Shown here: positions 20,311 through 29,185 of the stretch, piece by piece
Layout: every line of letters starts with the position of its first letter
Position numbering within the stretch: the first letter of the stretch is position 1
Assembly: GCA_041697335.1 (NCBI GenBank)
Contig: JBGUGD010000014.1
Location: forward strand, 32,001-96,000
DNA from: Vampirovibrionaceae bacterium NZW_1234
Lineage (GTDB): Bacteria > Cyanobacteriota > Vampirovibrionia > Vampirovibrionales > JAGQHJ01
Length of the DNA stretch: 64,000 nt
Reading direction: 5' to 3'
Notes under the pieces: model-generated
What the model was told of the DNA's origin: nothing
The model's input: only the letters and a program-made list of their open reading frames with translations
The model's database searches: none
Program-made: the position numbers and the translations under genes

Positions 20311-20952
20311 CTAGTAGGTATACACCAGCTTTTCTTGAGCTTCCCGGATACGGGCATACTCAGGATCCTTGAAAAAGGCCGAGGCAGCGGTAGACATCTT
20401 CCGGCTGTACTTGGTCAATTTCTTTTGACCATAGGGCAGGCGGGTTTCAACACTTTGGAAGAAACACAATTGCCCAATTCGAACCCCAGGATAAAGCTGA
20501 ATCGGAACAGTACTCACGTTCGACAACTCAAAGGTCAACGCGCCCGAAAACCCGGGATCGACAAAACCCGCCGTGGCATGAATCTGTAACCCCAGTCTAC
20601 CCCAGGTGCTGCGACCTTCCAAACGAGCCGCCAAATCCAGGGGGATGGAAAGGTATTCCAACGTTGACGCCAATGCAAACTCACCCGGGTGCAACACAAA
20701 GGGTTGGGTCGGATTGACCTTTACCGCCGACATGTATTTACCCATATCCCGAGCCACCTGGTCCGGCGCATTTACCAAATCCAGGTGCGTAATGTTGGAC
20801 CGGTGGAGGACCTGAAAGTCCGTCCCCAGACGAACATCCACCGAGGTTGGGCCAAATTGCTCTTCAGGATAAATCATCGGTGTAATAATAATCCGCCGTT
20901 CCGGATCCGGATCGAGCAAGCGTTCTAAAATCTGGATTTCGTTAAGAATCAT
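20311..20952 (-). CDS. dcd: dCTP deaminase (trimeric dUTPase-fold Dcd)
   Basis: SVDVRLG, FVLHPGEFALAST, EGRSTWGRLGL, AGFVDPGFSG.LTFEL.N, RIGQL, KY. Confidence 0.93.
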   Translation of the reverse strand: MILNEIQILERLLDPDPERRIIITPMIYPEEQFGPTSVDVRLGTDFQVLHRSNITHLDLVNAPDQVARDMGKYMSAVKVNPTQPFVLHPGEFALASTLEYLSIPLDLAARLEGRSTWGRLGLQIHATAGFVDPGFSGALTFELSNVSTVPIQLYPGVRIGQLCFFQSVETRLPYGQKKLTKYSRKMSTAASAFFKDPEYARIREAQEKLVYTY

Positions 20953-20972
20953 CGGGACGAAAACTCCTTTCT

Positions 20973-22259
20973 CTACACCGGCATTAAGGCATCACTTTCC
21001 TCAAAGGAAAGCACGCGATGCACTTCGGCAATCTCGATACTCTTGAGCAGAATGTTATCCAACTCCGCGATACGAGTGCGAAAGACACTCCATTCATCCT
21101 GTGGCGCCATTAACACCGCTTGCAACCAGGCAGGAGACTGATCCAGTTTATGCAGCCACCCGGCATTAATAATCTCTCTGGGTGATGCTGGCGTTTCCTG
21201 AATTTGATGCAAGATACCATAGACATCAATACCTTCCTGCTCCAGCTTCTGAAGATCCTCACGCAACTGAGCAGGGCTGCCTAGCATCGGCACAGCGCTA
21301 ATGAGCATCCCGCGTTCAAGGCGTTCTTCCAGCAATTGACTCTTAAGCAAGGCTTTTTCTGTATACGCCAAGCGTTCCGGAATCACTTTTTCAATGGCTT
21401 TCAGGATGCGATCGGCCACATCTTCTTTACCAAACAGTTGCACAACACTATGGGCTTCTTCGGATACCGGCAAAGACTGCCGCAGACGCTCCAAGGACTG
21501 ATGAAGAATGACCAGATCCTTATTCACCAGACCGAAGCGGTTTAAAGCTTGAAATAAGACCGGCTCCACAGCCTGTAAAACACTAAACTGCTTCAATTCC
21601 AAGCTCTTCAAGACAAAGTAGGCATAATAACCGGGCCCTAACAAACGCAGATTGAGGACCGGGGTAATATACTTTGCTTCTGACTGAGGCACCCCAATTT
21701 CCTCAAACAACGAGGCCATTTGAATCGACTGAACGGAAAAATACTCGGTAAAACGATCAGCCAGTCCAAACCACGGCAACGGGCTTTGGGCGTCCAAGAT
21801 GGGGAGGCTTGACACGATTAAGGACTCAAACGTAGGCAAGTCAGCCTGCTGAGCCTGAGACTCCACGGGAATCACAACCACACCAGGCGCATCCGGCACA
21901 AGCTTGGTTAGCCCAAGGCTGTTGAGATAGAGTTCGGTCTCGGGCAAGACTTCACGCTTCTTCAATTGATACAACGCTTTTCTTACCGGCGCCAAGGAAC
22001 TGCGGATTTCAGGAAAAATACTGTTAATACAGTCGTGGATAAACGCCTCGTCCAGCGTGGCTTCCTGGAATGCCAGCAAAAACTGCTCCCGCTGAGCAAA
22101 AACACGCTCTTTAACCCCTTCCATATGGCGCACCAATTGGGTGACATAGGGCAAAATGTTGGCCTCTGCCTGATTTTCCAATTCGTTGAGTTGAAGCTCT
22201 AAGCGGCCAATTTCCTCTAACAACTCATATAGCAGGCGTTTTAGCAATATTTTATTCAT
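20973..22259 (-). CDS. Hypothetical helical protein, probably co-transcribed with dcd
   Basis: 428-aa ORF; the 20-nt gap to dcd contains SD AAGGAG. Confidence 0.8.
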   Translation of the reverse strand: MNKILLKRLLYELLEEIGRLELQLNELENQAEANILPYVTQLVRHMEGVKERVFAQREQFLLAFQEATLDEAFIHDCINSIFPEIRSSLAPVRKALYQLKKREVLPETELYLNSLGLTKLVPDAPGVVVIPVESQAQQADLPTFESLIVSSLPILDAQSPLPWFGLADRFTEYFSVQSIQMASLFEEIGVPQSEAKYITPVLNLRLLGPGYYAYFVLKSLELKQFSVLQAVEPVLFQALNRFGLVNKDLVILHQSLERLRQSLPVSEEAHSVVQLFGKEDVADRILKAIEKVIPERLAYTEKALLKSQLLEERLERGMLISAVPMLGSPAQLREDLQKLEQEGIDVYGILHQIQETPASPREIINAGWLHKLDQSPAWLQAVLMAPQDEWSVFRTRIAELDNILLKSIEIAEVHRVLSFEESDALMPV

Positions 22260-22444
22260 GGGTGGATTAGCCTATCTTTGTCTTGTGACGCTATGATCTC
22301 AGTGACAGTGTGTATTACCGGCCCCGGATGAAGCCCGTCCGCTACGGACATCACCGACTGCTTTATACATCCCCTGAACTGTTCTTTTTTATACATCACC
22401 GGGTAATGCCACGGAGTCAACCTGAGTGGGGGGATACCACTTGC
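22260..22444 (-). ncRNA. Candidate ~185-nt structured leader/ncRNA
   Basis: Lies between a sigma-70 promoter and ATG 22259. Long imperfect stem 22298-22426, internal GTCCG/CGGAC hairpin, repeated GAUGU(AUAAA) units. Confidence 0.5.
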
Positions 22445-22450
22445 ACCCTA

Positions 22451-22479
22451 AGTATAGGGAGGACTCCCCCCTGCGACAA
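22451..22479 (-). promoter_or_regulatory. Sigma-70 promoter
   Basis: Minus strand TTGTCG-N17-TATACT. Confidence 0.7.
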
Positions 22480-22496
22480 GCAAAAGCATGCGTTTG

Positions 22497-23831
22497 TTAA
22501 GTAAAGCTTTGATAAGTGCCCATGGCATCGTAGCACGCACCGCCAGTATACAAGGATCCGGTCACCACTTTCAGCTTGCCTCTTGGGCAGGGTTCTTCTA
22601 GGAACTGGGCAATACTCTGGAGATCAAGATTCACACCGGATGGCAACCTCGGTTCCAAAGCCTTGCTCAAGTTCTCAGGCGAATGGTAGCGATGCACATC
22701 CACATCCGCCAGCACAGTAACCCGACTTGTGGCAGGATAAGCAAGTAGCGGAGCCAAAAGCCCTGGGTCGCGATTTTTCAGCAAACTGATCCCCCAGTGA
22801 ACCGAGATGCCGGAAAAATCAGCCGAAAGCGTTTCCAAAAGGGTCTCGATACCCGCTGCATTATGAGAACCATCAATTATAAGCCGCTTTTCCGGATCAT
22901 ACTGGAAGCGTGCGGGCCAGGTAACATGAGCCAACCCAGCATCCCGTTGTGAAGCAGACCATGGCAAGACAGAGGCCAAGGCTTCCAGAACAGAAAGAAC
23001 CACAGCCAGGTTCATGGCCTGATAACGCCCCAGCAACGACAAGTAGAACTCCTCCCCTGTGGGCAGATATTTAACTTGACGCAAAAATCGCCCCTCTTTG
23101 AAAACCAGCGGGCCCAATTCCACTTGATTCGGCTGTACCCATTGTAATCGGGCCTCAATCCGGCGGGCCTGAGCTTCAATCACAACCGCCGCATCGTGTG
23201 ACTGCAACGGACTAAACACCAAGCCCCCGGGCTTCATTACCGCCGCTTTCTCCGAGGCAATCTGTCCCAGGGTCTGCCCCAATCGCTCCATATGATCGAA
23301 GGACACCGAAGTCACAATCACAGCGTCGGGGGCAGCCAGCACATTGGTGGAATCCAGTCGTCCCCCCAAGCCCGCCTCGATAACAGCAATATCGACTTGC
23401 TGTTCTTGAAACAGCCAGAAAGCCATTACGGTTAAAAACTCGAAATAGGTCAGCCAGTCTTGTGGCTCGGGCAGAGCAACCAGCATCGCTTCCTGACAAA
23501 CTTGAGCCGCTTGCACAAACAAGGCCTCCGACACGGGCAAAGCGTTTAGCCGGATACGTTCTTTCACATCCTGCAAATGGGGACTGGTGAACAACCCCAC
23601 CCGATAGCCAGCATGGGTATACACGGACGACAGCATGGCACTCACCGATCCTTTGCCATTGGTCCCAACCACATGAATACTTCGGACCCTGTCCTGGGGG
23701 GTATTCAATTCAGCCAAAACCCTGGCCACGCGCTCGGTGCCCAGCTTCATTACAGAAACATCCAATTGGTTCAGGTAAGCCTCTACCTGCCCTTGGGACT
23801 CAAATGGCACTCTTGTATCAGTCAACACCAT
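22497..23831 (-). CDS. folC: Folylpolyglutamate synthase/dihydrofolate synthase
   Basis: HVVGTNGKGS, FTSPHL, TYFE, EAGLGGRLDSTN, WPARF, DGSHN, TGSLY. Confidence 0.97.
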   Translation of the reverse strand: MVLTDTRVPFESQGQVEAYLNQLDVSVMKLGTERVARVLAELNTPQDRVRSIHVVGTNGKGSVSAMLSSVYTHAGYRVGLFTSPHLQDVKERIRLNALPVSEALFVQAAQVCQEAMLVALPEPQDWLTYFEFLTVMAFWLFQEQQVDIAVIEAGLGGRLDSTNVLAAPDAVIVTSVSFDHMERLGQTLGQIASEKAAVMKPGGLVFSPLQSHDAAVVIEAQARRIEARLQWVQPNQVELGPLVFKEGRFLRQVKYLPTGEEFYLSLLGRYQAMNLAVVLSVLEALASVLPWSASQRDAGLAHVTWPARFQYDPEKRLIIDGSHNAAGIETLLETLSADFSGISVHWGISLLKNRDPGLLAPLLAYPATSRVTVLADVDVHRYHSPENLSKALEPRLPSGVNLDLQSIAQFLEEPCPRGKLKVVTGSLYTGGACYDAMGTYQSFT

Positions 23832-23927
23832 CACTGCGCTTGAGATACATTCTCTGGAAACAATCCAACTCAGCTCTCATCATGGCATAAAGACAATCGC
23901 TCTGAACACATCGGTCCAAAGAGAGAC

Positions 23928-25037
23928 TTAAACCAATTCCCGAGACTTTCCAGTCTGCTCTAAGCGCTGTACCTTGGTTTCTACTAAGGACGCCAGTCGC
24001 TTGGCATCATGTACAGGAACCGTTTGTACCTCCGGAGCTTGATTTAGCCGCAACCAAGTTCCATTAGGCAAGCCTACGGTCTGATATAAGTTTGCTCTTC
24101 GCCCCGAAGCATCTAACCAGCTACGCGGGTGTAACGATAAACGAGCCCCATTAGGCAGGCTCAAGGCATCCTGATCCACCCTCAGGCCCAATATCGGAGC
24201 AACAAATCGGGCAAAACCACGAATGGCCAAACCTTGCAACGGATGTTCCATGGGAACGAAACCCGCCTGTTGAGGATTCTCTTGAGACAGTACGCGAAGC
24301 ACATCGCCGGCTTGATGAACCCATCGTGGTGTAGCCCGTTCCCAGCCGGCTGTTGCATAAGCCATATCGAGTTGATGGAAGAACTGGGGCTTAATCATTT
24401 GGCCGGTAAGATGATGCAAATCAACCTGAGTCAGGCGGGGAGCAGACTCTTTCAACGGTGCTGAATTTTTTGATGTTAACGAACGACCAAAGACAGGCCA
24501 ACTGGATGTATACAGACGGGTCTTACCGGAAAACGGGTTTGAGACAGGGGTTGCAAATCGCTTAGCTTTCTTGGCAGACGGTTGTTTCTCTAACGCATCC
24601 GGTGACACAACACGCTGTGGCGCCATCGCCTCGTTTAAGGCCGATTCAAACGGGTTGGATGTCTGTGACACCGTTCCCTTGGAAACCCTGGGCTTAGAAA
24701 CGAACCCTTGTTTTTGCGCTTCCTTGGGCTTGTCATCCGAAGCCCCAGAAACCCCATGAGGGTCTCGGGCCTGATCCATCTGTGGCTTTAAAAGCAGCAC
24801 ATCACGTTGACTGGGGGGCAATACTTTGTCCCAAATCGGGGCGTGGTCATGATTGACGAACGTGAACATGAGCGGTTGCGGAGCCTTCTGAGCAAAAAGG
24901 GACATCACTTTTGCCCGGACCGAGTCGCCAGAAAAGAAGACATCTTTATGTTGTAAAAATTCCAAGCTCCGGCTTGGTTGCGACGCCTTCGGTTGGGTAA
25001 AAAAGGGAGCCGCATGTACACGAGACACAGGTCTCAT
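23928..25037 (-). CDS. Hypothetical protein with polar N-terminal leader (DVFFSG)
   Basis: 369-aa ORF with SD AGGAGA. Confidence 0.65.
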   Translation of the reverse strand: MRPVSRVHAAPFFTQPKASQPSRSLEFLQHKDVFFSGDSVRAKVMSLFAQKAPQPLMFTFVNHDHAPIWDKVLPPSQRDVLLLKPQMDQARDPHGVSGASDDKPKEAQKQGFVSKPRVSKGTVSQTSNPFESALNEAMAPQRVVSPDALEKQPSAKKAKRFATPVSNPFSGKTRLYTSSWPVFGRSLTSKNSAPLKESAPRLTQVDLHHLTGQMIKPQFFHQLDMAYATAGWERATPRWVHQAGDVLRVLSQENPQQAGFVPMEHPLQGLAIRGFARFVAPILGLRVDQDALSLPNGARLSLHPRSWLDASGRRANLYQTVGLPNGTWLRLNQAPEVQTVPVHDAKRLASLVETKVQRLEQTGKSRELV

Positions 25038-25154
25038 GGTAATCTCCTAACTCTCCGCTGAAGACACCCGTTGGGTATCGTTCCTACAATATACCGTAAA
25101 TGATGATGATTGTTTAGCAAAAGTTCATGAGAACCATGAGGGATTAACAATTCT

Positions 25155-25697
25155 TTACAAGGATTTCTCAATCACATACATATCCAACCGAACGACACCC
25201 AGCAGCATAGAGCCTTTATCCTCTTTGATTGTGGGGTCTTTTGCGGGCAATGAGCCCAGATTCTTCAGCTCTACCATTTGTACCACCACATTGGGAAAGT
25301 GCTGAATAACCTGGGACAGAAATTTCTGGATGGAAAAATAGGGTCCACTCAACTGCACCGTAATAGGAATTCGCTTCACCATAGACGGAAACCGGGGATC
25401 AGAAACCGCCTTGGAAGGATCGCCTGCGATTTCAGTGAGATAAATCCCTGCTTCCACACTCTGGTTAAACAACGGAGATACAATACGAGACTGCCAGGCC
25501 TCTGTATGTTTTAAGCGAAGCTCCGGCAACGTCGCCAGTGGCTTGGGGATGTAATTAACCGGGTCATTCAACTCCACTTGATAACGTCCATGGGCTTCAA
25601 TGGCCGGCTTGAGCACCAGCACCGAAATCACCGAGGAAGCAGCCAGCATGGCCAACAACAGAAACCATTGACGAAGCGTCAATCCGGATGTGCTCAT
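25155..25697 (-). CDS. PilO/GspM-like type IV pilus alignment protein
   Basis: Single N-terminal TM; IPITVQLSGPYFSIQKFL..V PilO-like motif; ATGA overlap with the upstream gene. Confidence 0.65.
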   Translation of the reverse strand: MSTSGLTLRQWFLLLAMLAASSVISVLVLKPAIEAHGRYQVELNDPVNYIPKPLATLPELRLKHTEAWQSRIVSPLFNQSVEAGIYLTEIAGDPSKAVSDPRFPSMVKRIPITVQLSGPYFSIQKFLSQVIQHFPNVVVQMVELKNLGSLPAKDPTIKEDKGSMLLGVVRLDMYVIEKSL

Positions 25698-27148
25698 GGT
25701 TTTTTAGTCTCCTGCTTAGCTTGAGCCTGACCCGAGCCTGTTGCATCTTGAAGAATTTTCCCCGTAAAGCTGAATTGGCTTAAAATCTTCTCCCCATCCG
25801 AAGGCATCACAAATCGTTTTTGGGCTTTGATTTGAAACGGCTTGAGCTCAGAGGCGGAAACAAGTGCGTCGATAAAGGCATTTGCCTTTTGGGCTTGCGC
25901 CGCCTTTCCGGAAATGTTCACCCGCTCAGGCATCTCAACCCGCAAGTAATCAATCTGGACTTGAGCCGCATTTTTATTAATCACGTCCATCAGTTTTTGA
26001 TAAAACCCATTCTGCTGGTGTAAAGCTGAAATGGTAGATGACAGTGCTTCATCACGTTGGCGGAGCTGAGCATCCAGCTGTGTATTTTGAAAAATATAAT
26101 ACCCGCTCGTCCCTAAAACCCCGAGCATCACAAAAAACGAGATTATCAATAAAAAGCGCAATACCGTTGCTTTGGCACGCACCGCTGTTCGATGAGAAAC
26201 ATGATGCTTGGCTGAAGCCCCACGTCTGGATGCTAAAAAATCCCAGGCCAAAGGGAAAGGCACTTCCTGCTTTAATGCAGCCCCTAGAGCCGCTGCCGAT
26301 GGCTGATTGGGGTAACTTCCATACAAGGGCCCTAAAACCGCCTGACGAACAGGAGCGCCCAACTTCAGCTGAAGCAGATCCATCGGCTGCTTGACACCCT
26401 GCTCGGACCAGGCAAACCAGAGATTCGGCTGACTGATGCCCATTCCTAACATGGGTTCCATGAGTCGCTCCTGCATACTCGCCATATCCGCGGGTATGGT
26501 AAACGTGCCAATGTAGATCAGGTTGGTCCCCTGCCAAATGGTCTGCCACGTTTGAGAACCGACCACACCAAAGCAACCCCACACCGCATCGGAACCTAGG
26601 CGCCGCAGCAATGCGTCCAACACGCCTGAGGCCGCCATGCCCCGCAAGACCGCCAAGGGCAAAATATCCACTCCCTGCAAGGGATAGCCTGCCTCTTCAA
26701 AGACTTGAAAAAAGTGTTTAAGCTCATTATCACCATAAAACGCATACGCAATGGCCGCATGGTCCCCATGTTGCCAAAGCATAGAGTATTGCACAATGGG
26801 CGTATCTCCGGCCAAAACCCCTTCTTCAGAAATTAATTGGGGTAAGCCCTCTCTCAAGGCATGCACATCGCCCACCGAAAAGGCACGGGTGGCTAAAAAA
26901 GGTGTGTAAAATGTTAAATACACGGGATAGGCAACATCGGGCTGTCCTAAAGCAGCAAAAAGCCCACGAATCGCTGCCACCAACGTGGGTGTATCCAGAA
27001 TCCGTTTGCCGTCGTGCGCCATCGTCGCTGGGGGCAATGGCTGGTGTTCATAGGCTTGGAGAGAAAAATCCTCAGCCGAAACTTTGACCCCACTAATATG
27101 GGTGGGCGAGATGGAAATACCGATTAAACTGGATGACGACTTGCTCAC
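25694..27148 (-). CDS. PilM-PilN-like fusion (GspL-like architecture)
   Basis: N-terminal LIGISISP..LPP..G.RI.D (PilM-like), VDILPLAVLR, AAALGAALK, then TM, coiled coil and VNISGKA..ANAFIDAL (PilN-like). Confidence 0.65.
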   Translation of the reverse strand: MSKSSSSLIGISISPTHISGVKVSAEDFSLQAYEHQPLPPATMAHDGKRILDTPTLVAAIRGLFAALGQPDVAYPVYLTFYTPFLATRAFSVGDVHALREGLPQLISEEGVLAGDTPIVQYSMLWQHGDHAAIAYAFYGDNELKHFFQVFEEAGYPLQGVDILPLAVLRGMAASGVLDALLRRLGSDAVWGCFGVVGSQTWQTIWQGTNLIYIGTFTIPADMASMQERLMEPMLGMGISQPNLWFAWSEQGVKQPMDLLQLKLGAPVRQAVLGPLYGSYPNQPSAAALGAALKQEVPFPLAWDFLASRRGASAKHHVSHRTAVRAKATVLRFLLIISFFVMLGVLGTSGYYIFQNTQLDAQLRQRDEALSSTISALHQQNGFYQKLMDVINKNAAQVQIDYLRVEMPERVNISGKAAQAQKANAFIDALVSASELKPFQIKAQKRFVMPSDGEKILSQFSFTGKILQDATGSGQAQAKQETKKP

Positions 27149-27162
27149 AAACGACGCAGCAC

Positions 27163-27813
27163 CTATCGACGACGTCCTGCGGCCATAAACCGCAATACCA
27201 TCAGAAACAGATTGATAATGCTGAGATAAAGCCCCAGTGTTGCAGCAACCACGCTGTTATTATCATAGCGGTTCACCATGTCACTGGTCTGCAGCAAAAT
27301 ATAGCCTGAAAAAATGACAATTCCGACACCGGAATAAACCAAATCAGAGATGGGCAACGTAAAAAACAAGCCAAGAACCCCAACCAACACCAGGGCCAAT
27401 AAGCCAATGAATAAAAAGCCTCTCAAGAAGGAGAAGTCCTTTTTCGTCACATTCACAAAGAGACTCAGCCCACCAAAGGTAACCGCGGTGGTTCCTGCCG
27501 CTACAGGTATCAGATCACCCATTCCCATCCGCACATAGGCATTTAATACCGGCCCCAAGATAACGCCGGAAAAGATTGTGAACAAGAACAACAGCATGAT
27601 GTTCAAGGGATAGGTTCTTTGGCACAGGGTCGCTGCAAAATAAGTCACAAAGTACACGACGATCATAGGCAAATACAAACTCGGTGGCATGGAGAGACCC
27701 AAGTAGCTGCCAGCCGAGCAAAACAACAGGGACACACCCAAAAGCGTATAAACCCGGCTCACAAACTCCGATCGATCTTGAACAGCGGTTTTATCCAGAC
27801 GGACCAGGCTCAT
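27163..27813 (-). CDS. Bax inhibitor-1/YccA family membrane protein
   Basis: FVSRVY, KKDFSFL, SGYIL, ATLGLYLSIINLF; about 7 TM segments. Confidence 0.92.
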   Translation of the reverse strand: MSLVRLDKTAVQDRSEFVSRVYTLLGVSLLFCSAGSYLGLSMPPSLYLPMIVVYFVTYFAATLCQRTYPLNIMLLFLFTIFSGVILGPVLNAYVRMGMGDLIPVAAGTTAVTFGGLSLFVNVTKKDFSFLRGFLFIGLLALVLVGVLGLFFTLPISDLVYSGVGIVIFSGYILLQTSDMVNRYDNNSVVAATLGLYLSIINLFLMVLRFMAAGRRR

Positions 27814-28111
27814 TTTCGAGACCTCGCTTTCTCCAGTAGCCACAATCATCTATTTTTAGAATATCAGGTTTTTCCAAGAGGGCAATGTACAGCCCGCACC
27901 TAAGCCTCTGATAGACAACAGCGTTCCCCCCGACCACGGTTGCTTCAACACTAAGACCCGCAAACCGCCCTTCCAATGCGGCTTTTTACATTCACATCAT
28001 GACCCTGGAACACAGGTCCATGGAAACAAAACTTAATATAGTAGCAACGGATTTTCTTGAGGATGCTTTATACCGACACAAAGACACGAAGAGCACGGGG
28101 GAAAGTTACGG

Positions 28112-28720
28112 ATGCTACCAGGATTACAAGGCAATAACGTCGGTGGAAATCACGCCACGTTTAAAACAGGGGCCTCAAGACATGGCCAAGCCTGTTTATG
28201 CGGCGGATGCTCCAATGGCAGCCTGCAACCCCGGTTCTCCAGCAACACTCCTACAAGCAAGCCCATTGACCTACCCAGAACAAATGCAACCCTCGGGTAT
28301 GCACTCAGTGGGGGACAAAATCAGTTCCAGGCTCTGAATGACACCTTCCCCGGAGGCCAAAGAGCGACGGAGGAATTCCATCATAAAGTCCATCATGGTC
28401 TTGATGGCTACGGTGTTACCCCGGGCACGGCTGCTCTTGGCGAAACCCCAGAGAACTTGGCCCATATCGGATCTCCCGGACTGTTTGAAAGTTCGGTGCG
28501 ATTAACGGAACTCCATAAACAGGCTCGCCAGGATTACGCCAATGCCCTTGCTGCCAGCGTGTCGTCCGGCCAAATGACTCCTGATCGAGCCAAATCAGAA
28601 CTGGATCTCTTTGACAGTGAATGGGATCACACGTTCACCTTAGGCCAATATGCCCATAAAAAAGGAATTGAAGAAATTGCAGGAGCCCGATCTGATATCC
28701 ATACCTTGGCTCAAGCTTAA
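28112..28720 (+). CDS. Hypothetical protein with N-terminal HxxxCxCxxC cluster and LQPRFS leader motif
   Basis: 202-aa ORF with purine-rich SD GGGGGA. Confidence 0.6.
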   Translation: MLPGLQGNNVGGNHATFKTGASRHGQACLCGGCSNGSLQPRFSSNTPTSKPIDLPRTNATLGYALSGGQNQFQALNDTFPGGQRATEEFHHKVHHGLDGYGVTPGTAALGETPENLAHIGSPGLFESSVRLTELHKQARQDYANALAASVSSGQMTPDRAKSELDLFDSEWDHTFTLGQYAHKKGIEEIAGARSDIHTLAQA

Positions 28721-28739
28721 ACCCCGCAAACAAAAGTTT

Positions 28740-28838
28740 TCTCTGCTACATACTACCTCACCACACACATACACTTACTTTCTCCTCTGAAACAAATGAC
28801 ACTTGCGCTCACTACCCCCCCTAGAGCGCATTTTTTTT
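28740..28838 (+). ncRNA. Candidate small RNA 1 (G-poor, C-rich-loop terminator; possibly 3'UTR-derived)
   Basis: TGCGCTC-ACTACCCCCCCTA-GAGCGCA-T8; 26/31 identity to the copy at 29191. Confidence 0.6.
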
Positions 28839-28949
28839 GCGCATTTTTACCCTCCTCGAATTCAGATTTACAAAACTTAAGCAAGTAGCATCCAAAAATC
28901 TTGAGAGGGCTTTATGTAGGCACAACGAGAGATGGTCGGGCGAACACCA

Positions 28950-29022
28950 GATTTTCCACACACACTATCTCTGCTACCTACACTCACTCTTCTGAATGTT
29001 ACCCCCTCGCCCCCCCTCATTC
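28950..29022 (+). ncRNA. Candidate small RNA 2 (related to copy 1)
   Basis: Shares CCACACACA, TCTCTGCTAC and TACACT.ACT with copy 1; GAATG/CATTC stem with C-rich loop; no clear U-tract. Confidence 0.4.
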
Positions 29023-29151
29023 GTATACGCAGGAGGATGTGAACCGAGATGATGACTTCATTGGATACGCTTTACAGCTATGTTTTTGACAATCTGCTAA
29101 TCCGTGCCGGTCTTGCGACTGTTGATTCCATTGCAAACCTGCCGGATCCGC

Positions 29152-29179
29152 TTATTTTGGCCCCACAACAGGCCGATAG
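29152..29179 (+). promoter_or_regulatory. Sigma-28-like promoter for sRNA 3
   Basis: TTAT-N16-GCCGATAG; the TTATTTT -35 region matches the promoter at 9920-9946. Confidence 0.55.
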
Positions 29180-29185
29180 GATTTC

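Noticed and set aside
22310..22504. 64-aa plus-strand ORF
   Set aside because: Spans the sigma-70 promoter and structured leader of the opposite strand, with no SD or recognisable motifs.
27999..28337. 112-aa ORF overlapping the 28112 gene
   Set aside because: Alternative frame; the 28112 frame is longer, has an SD, and ends before the terminator.
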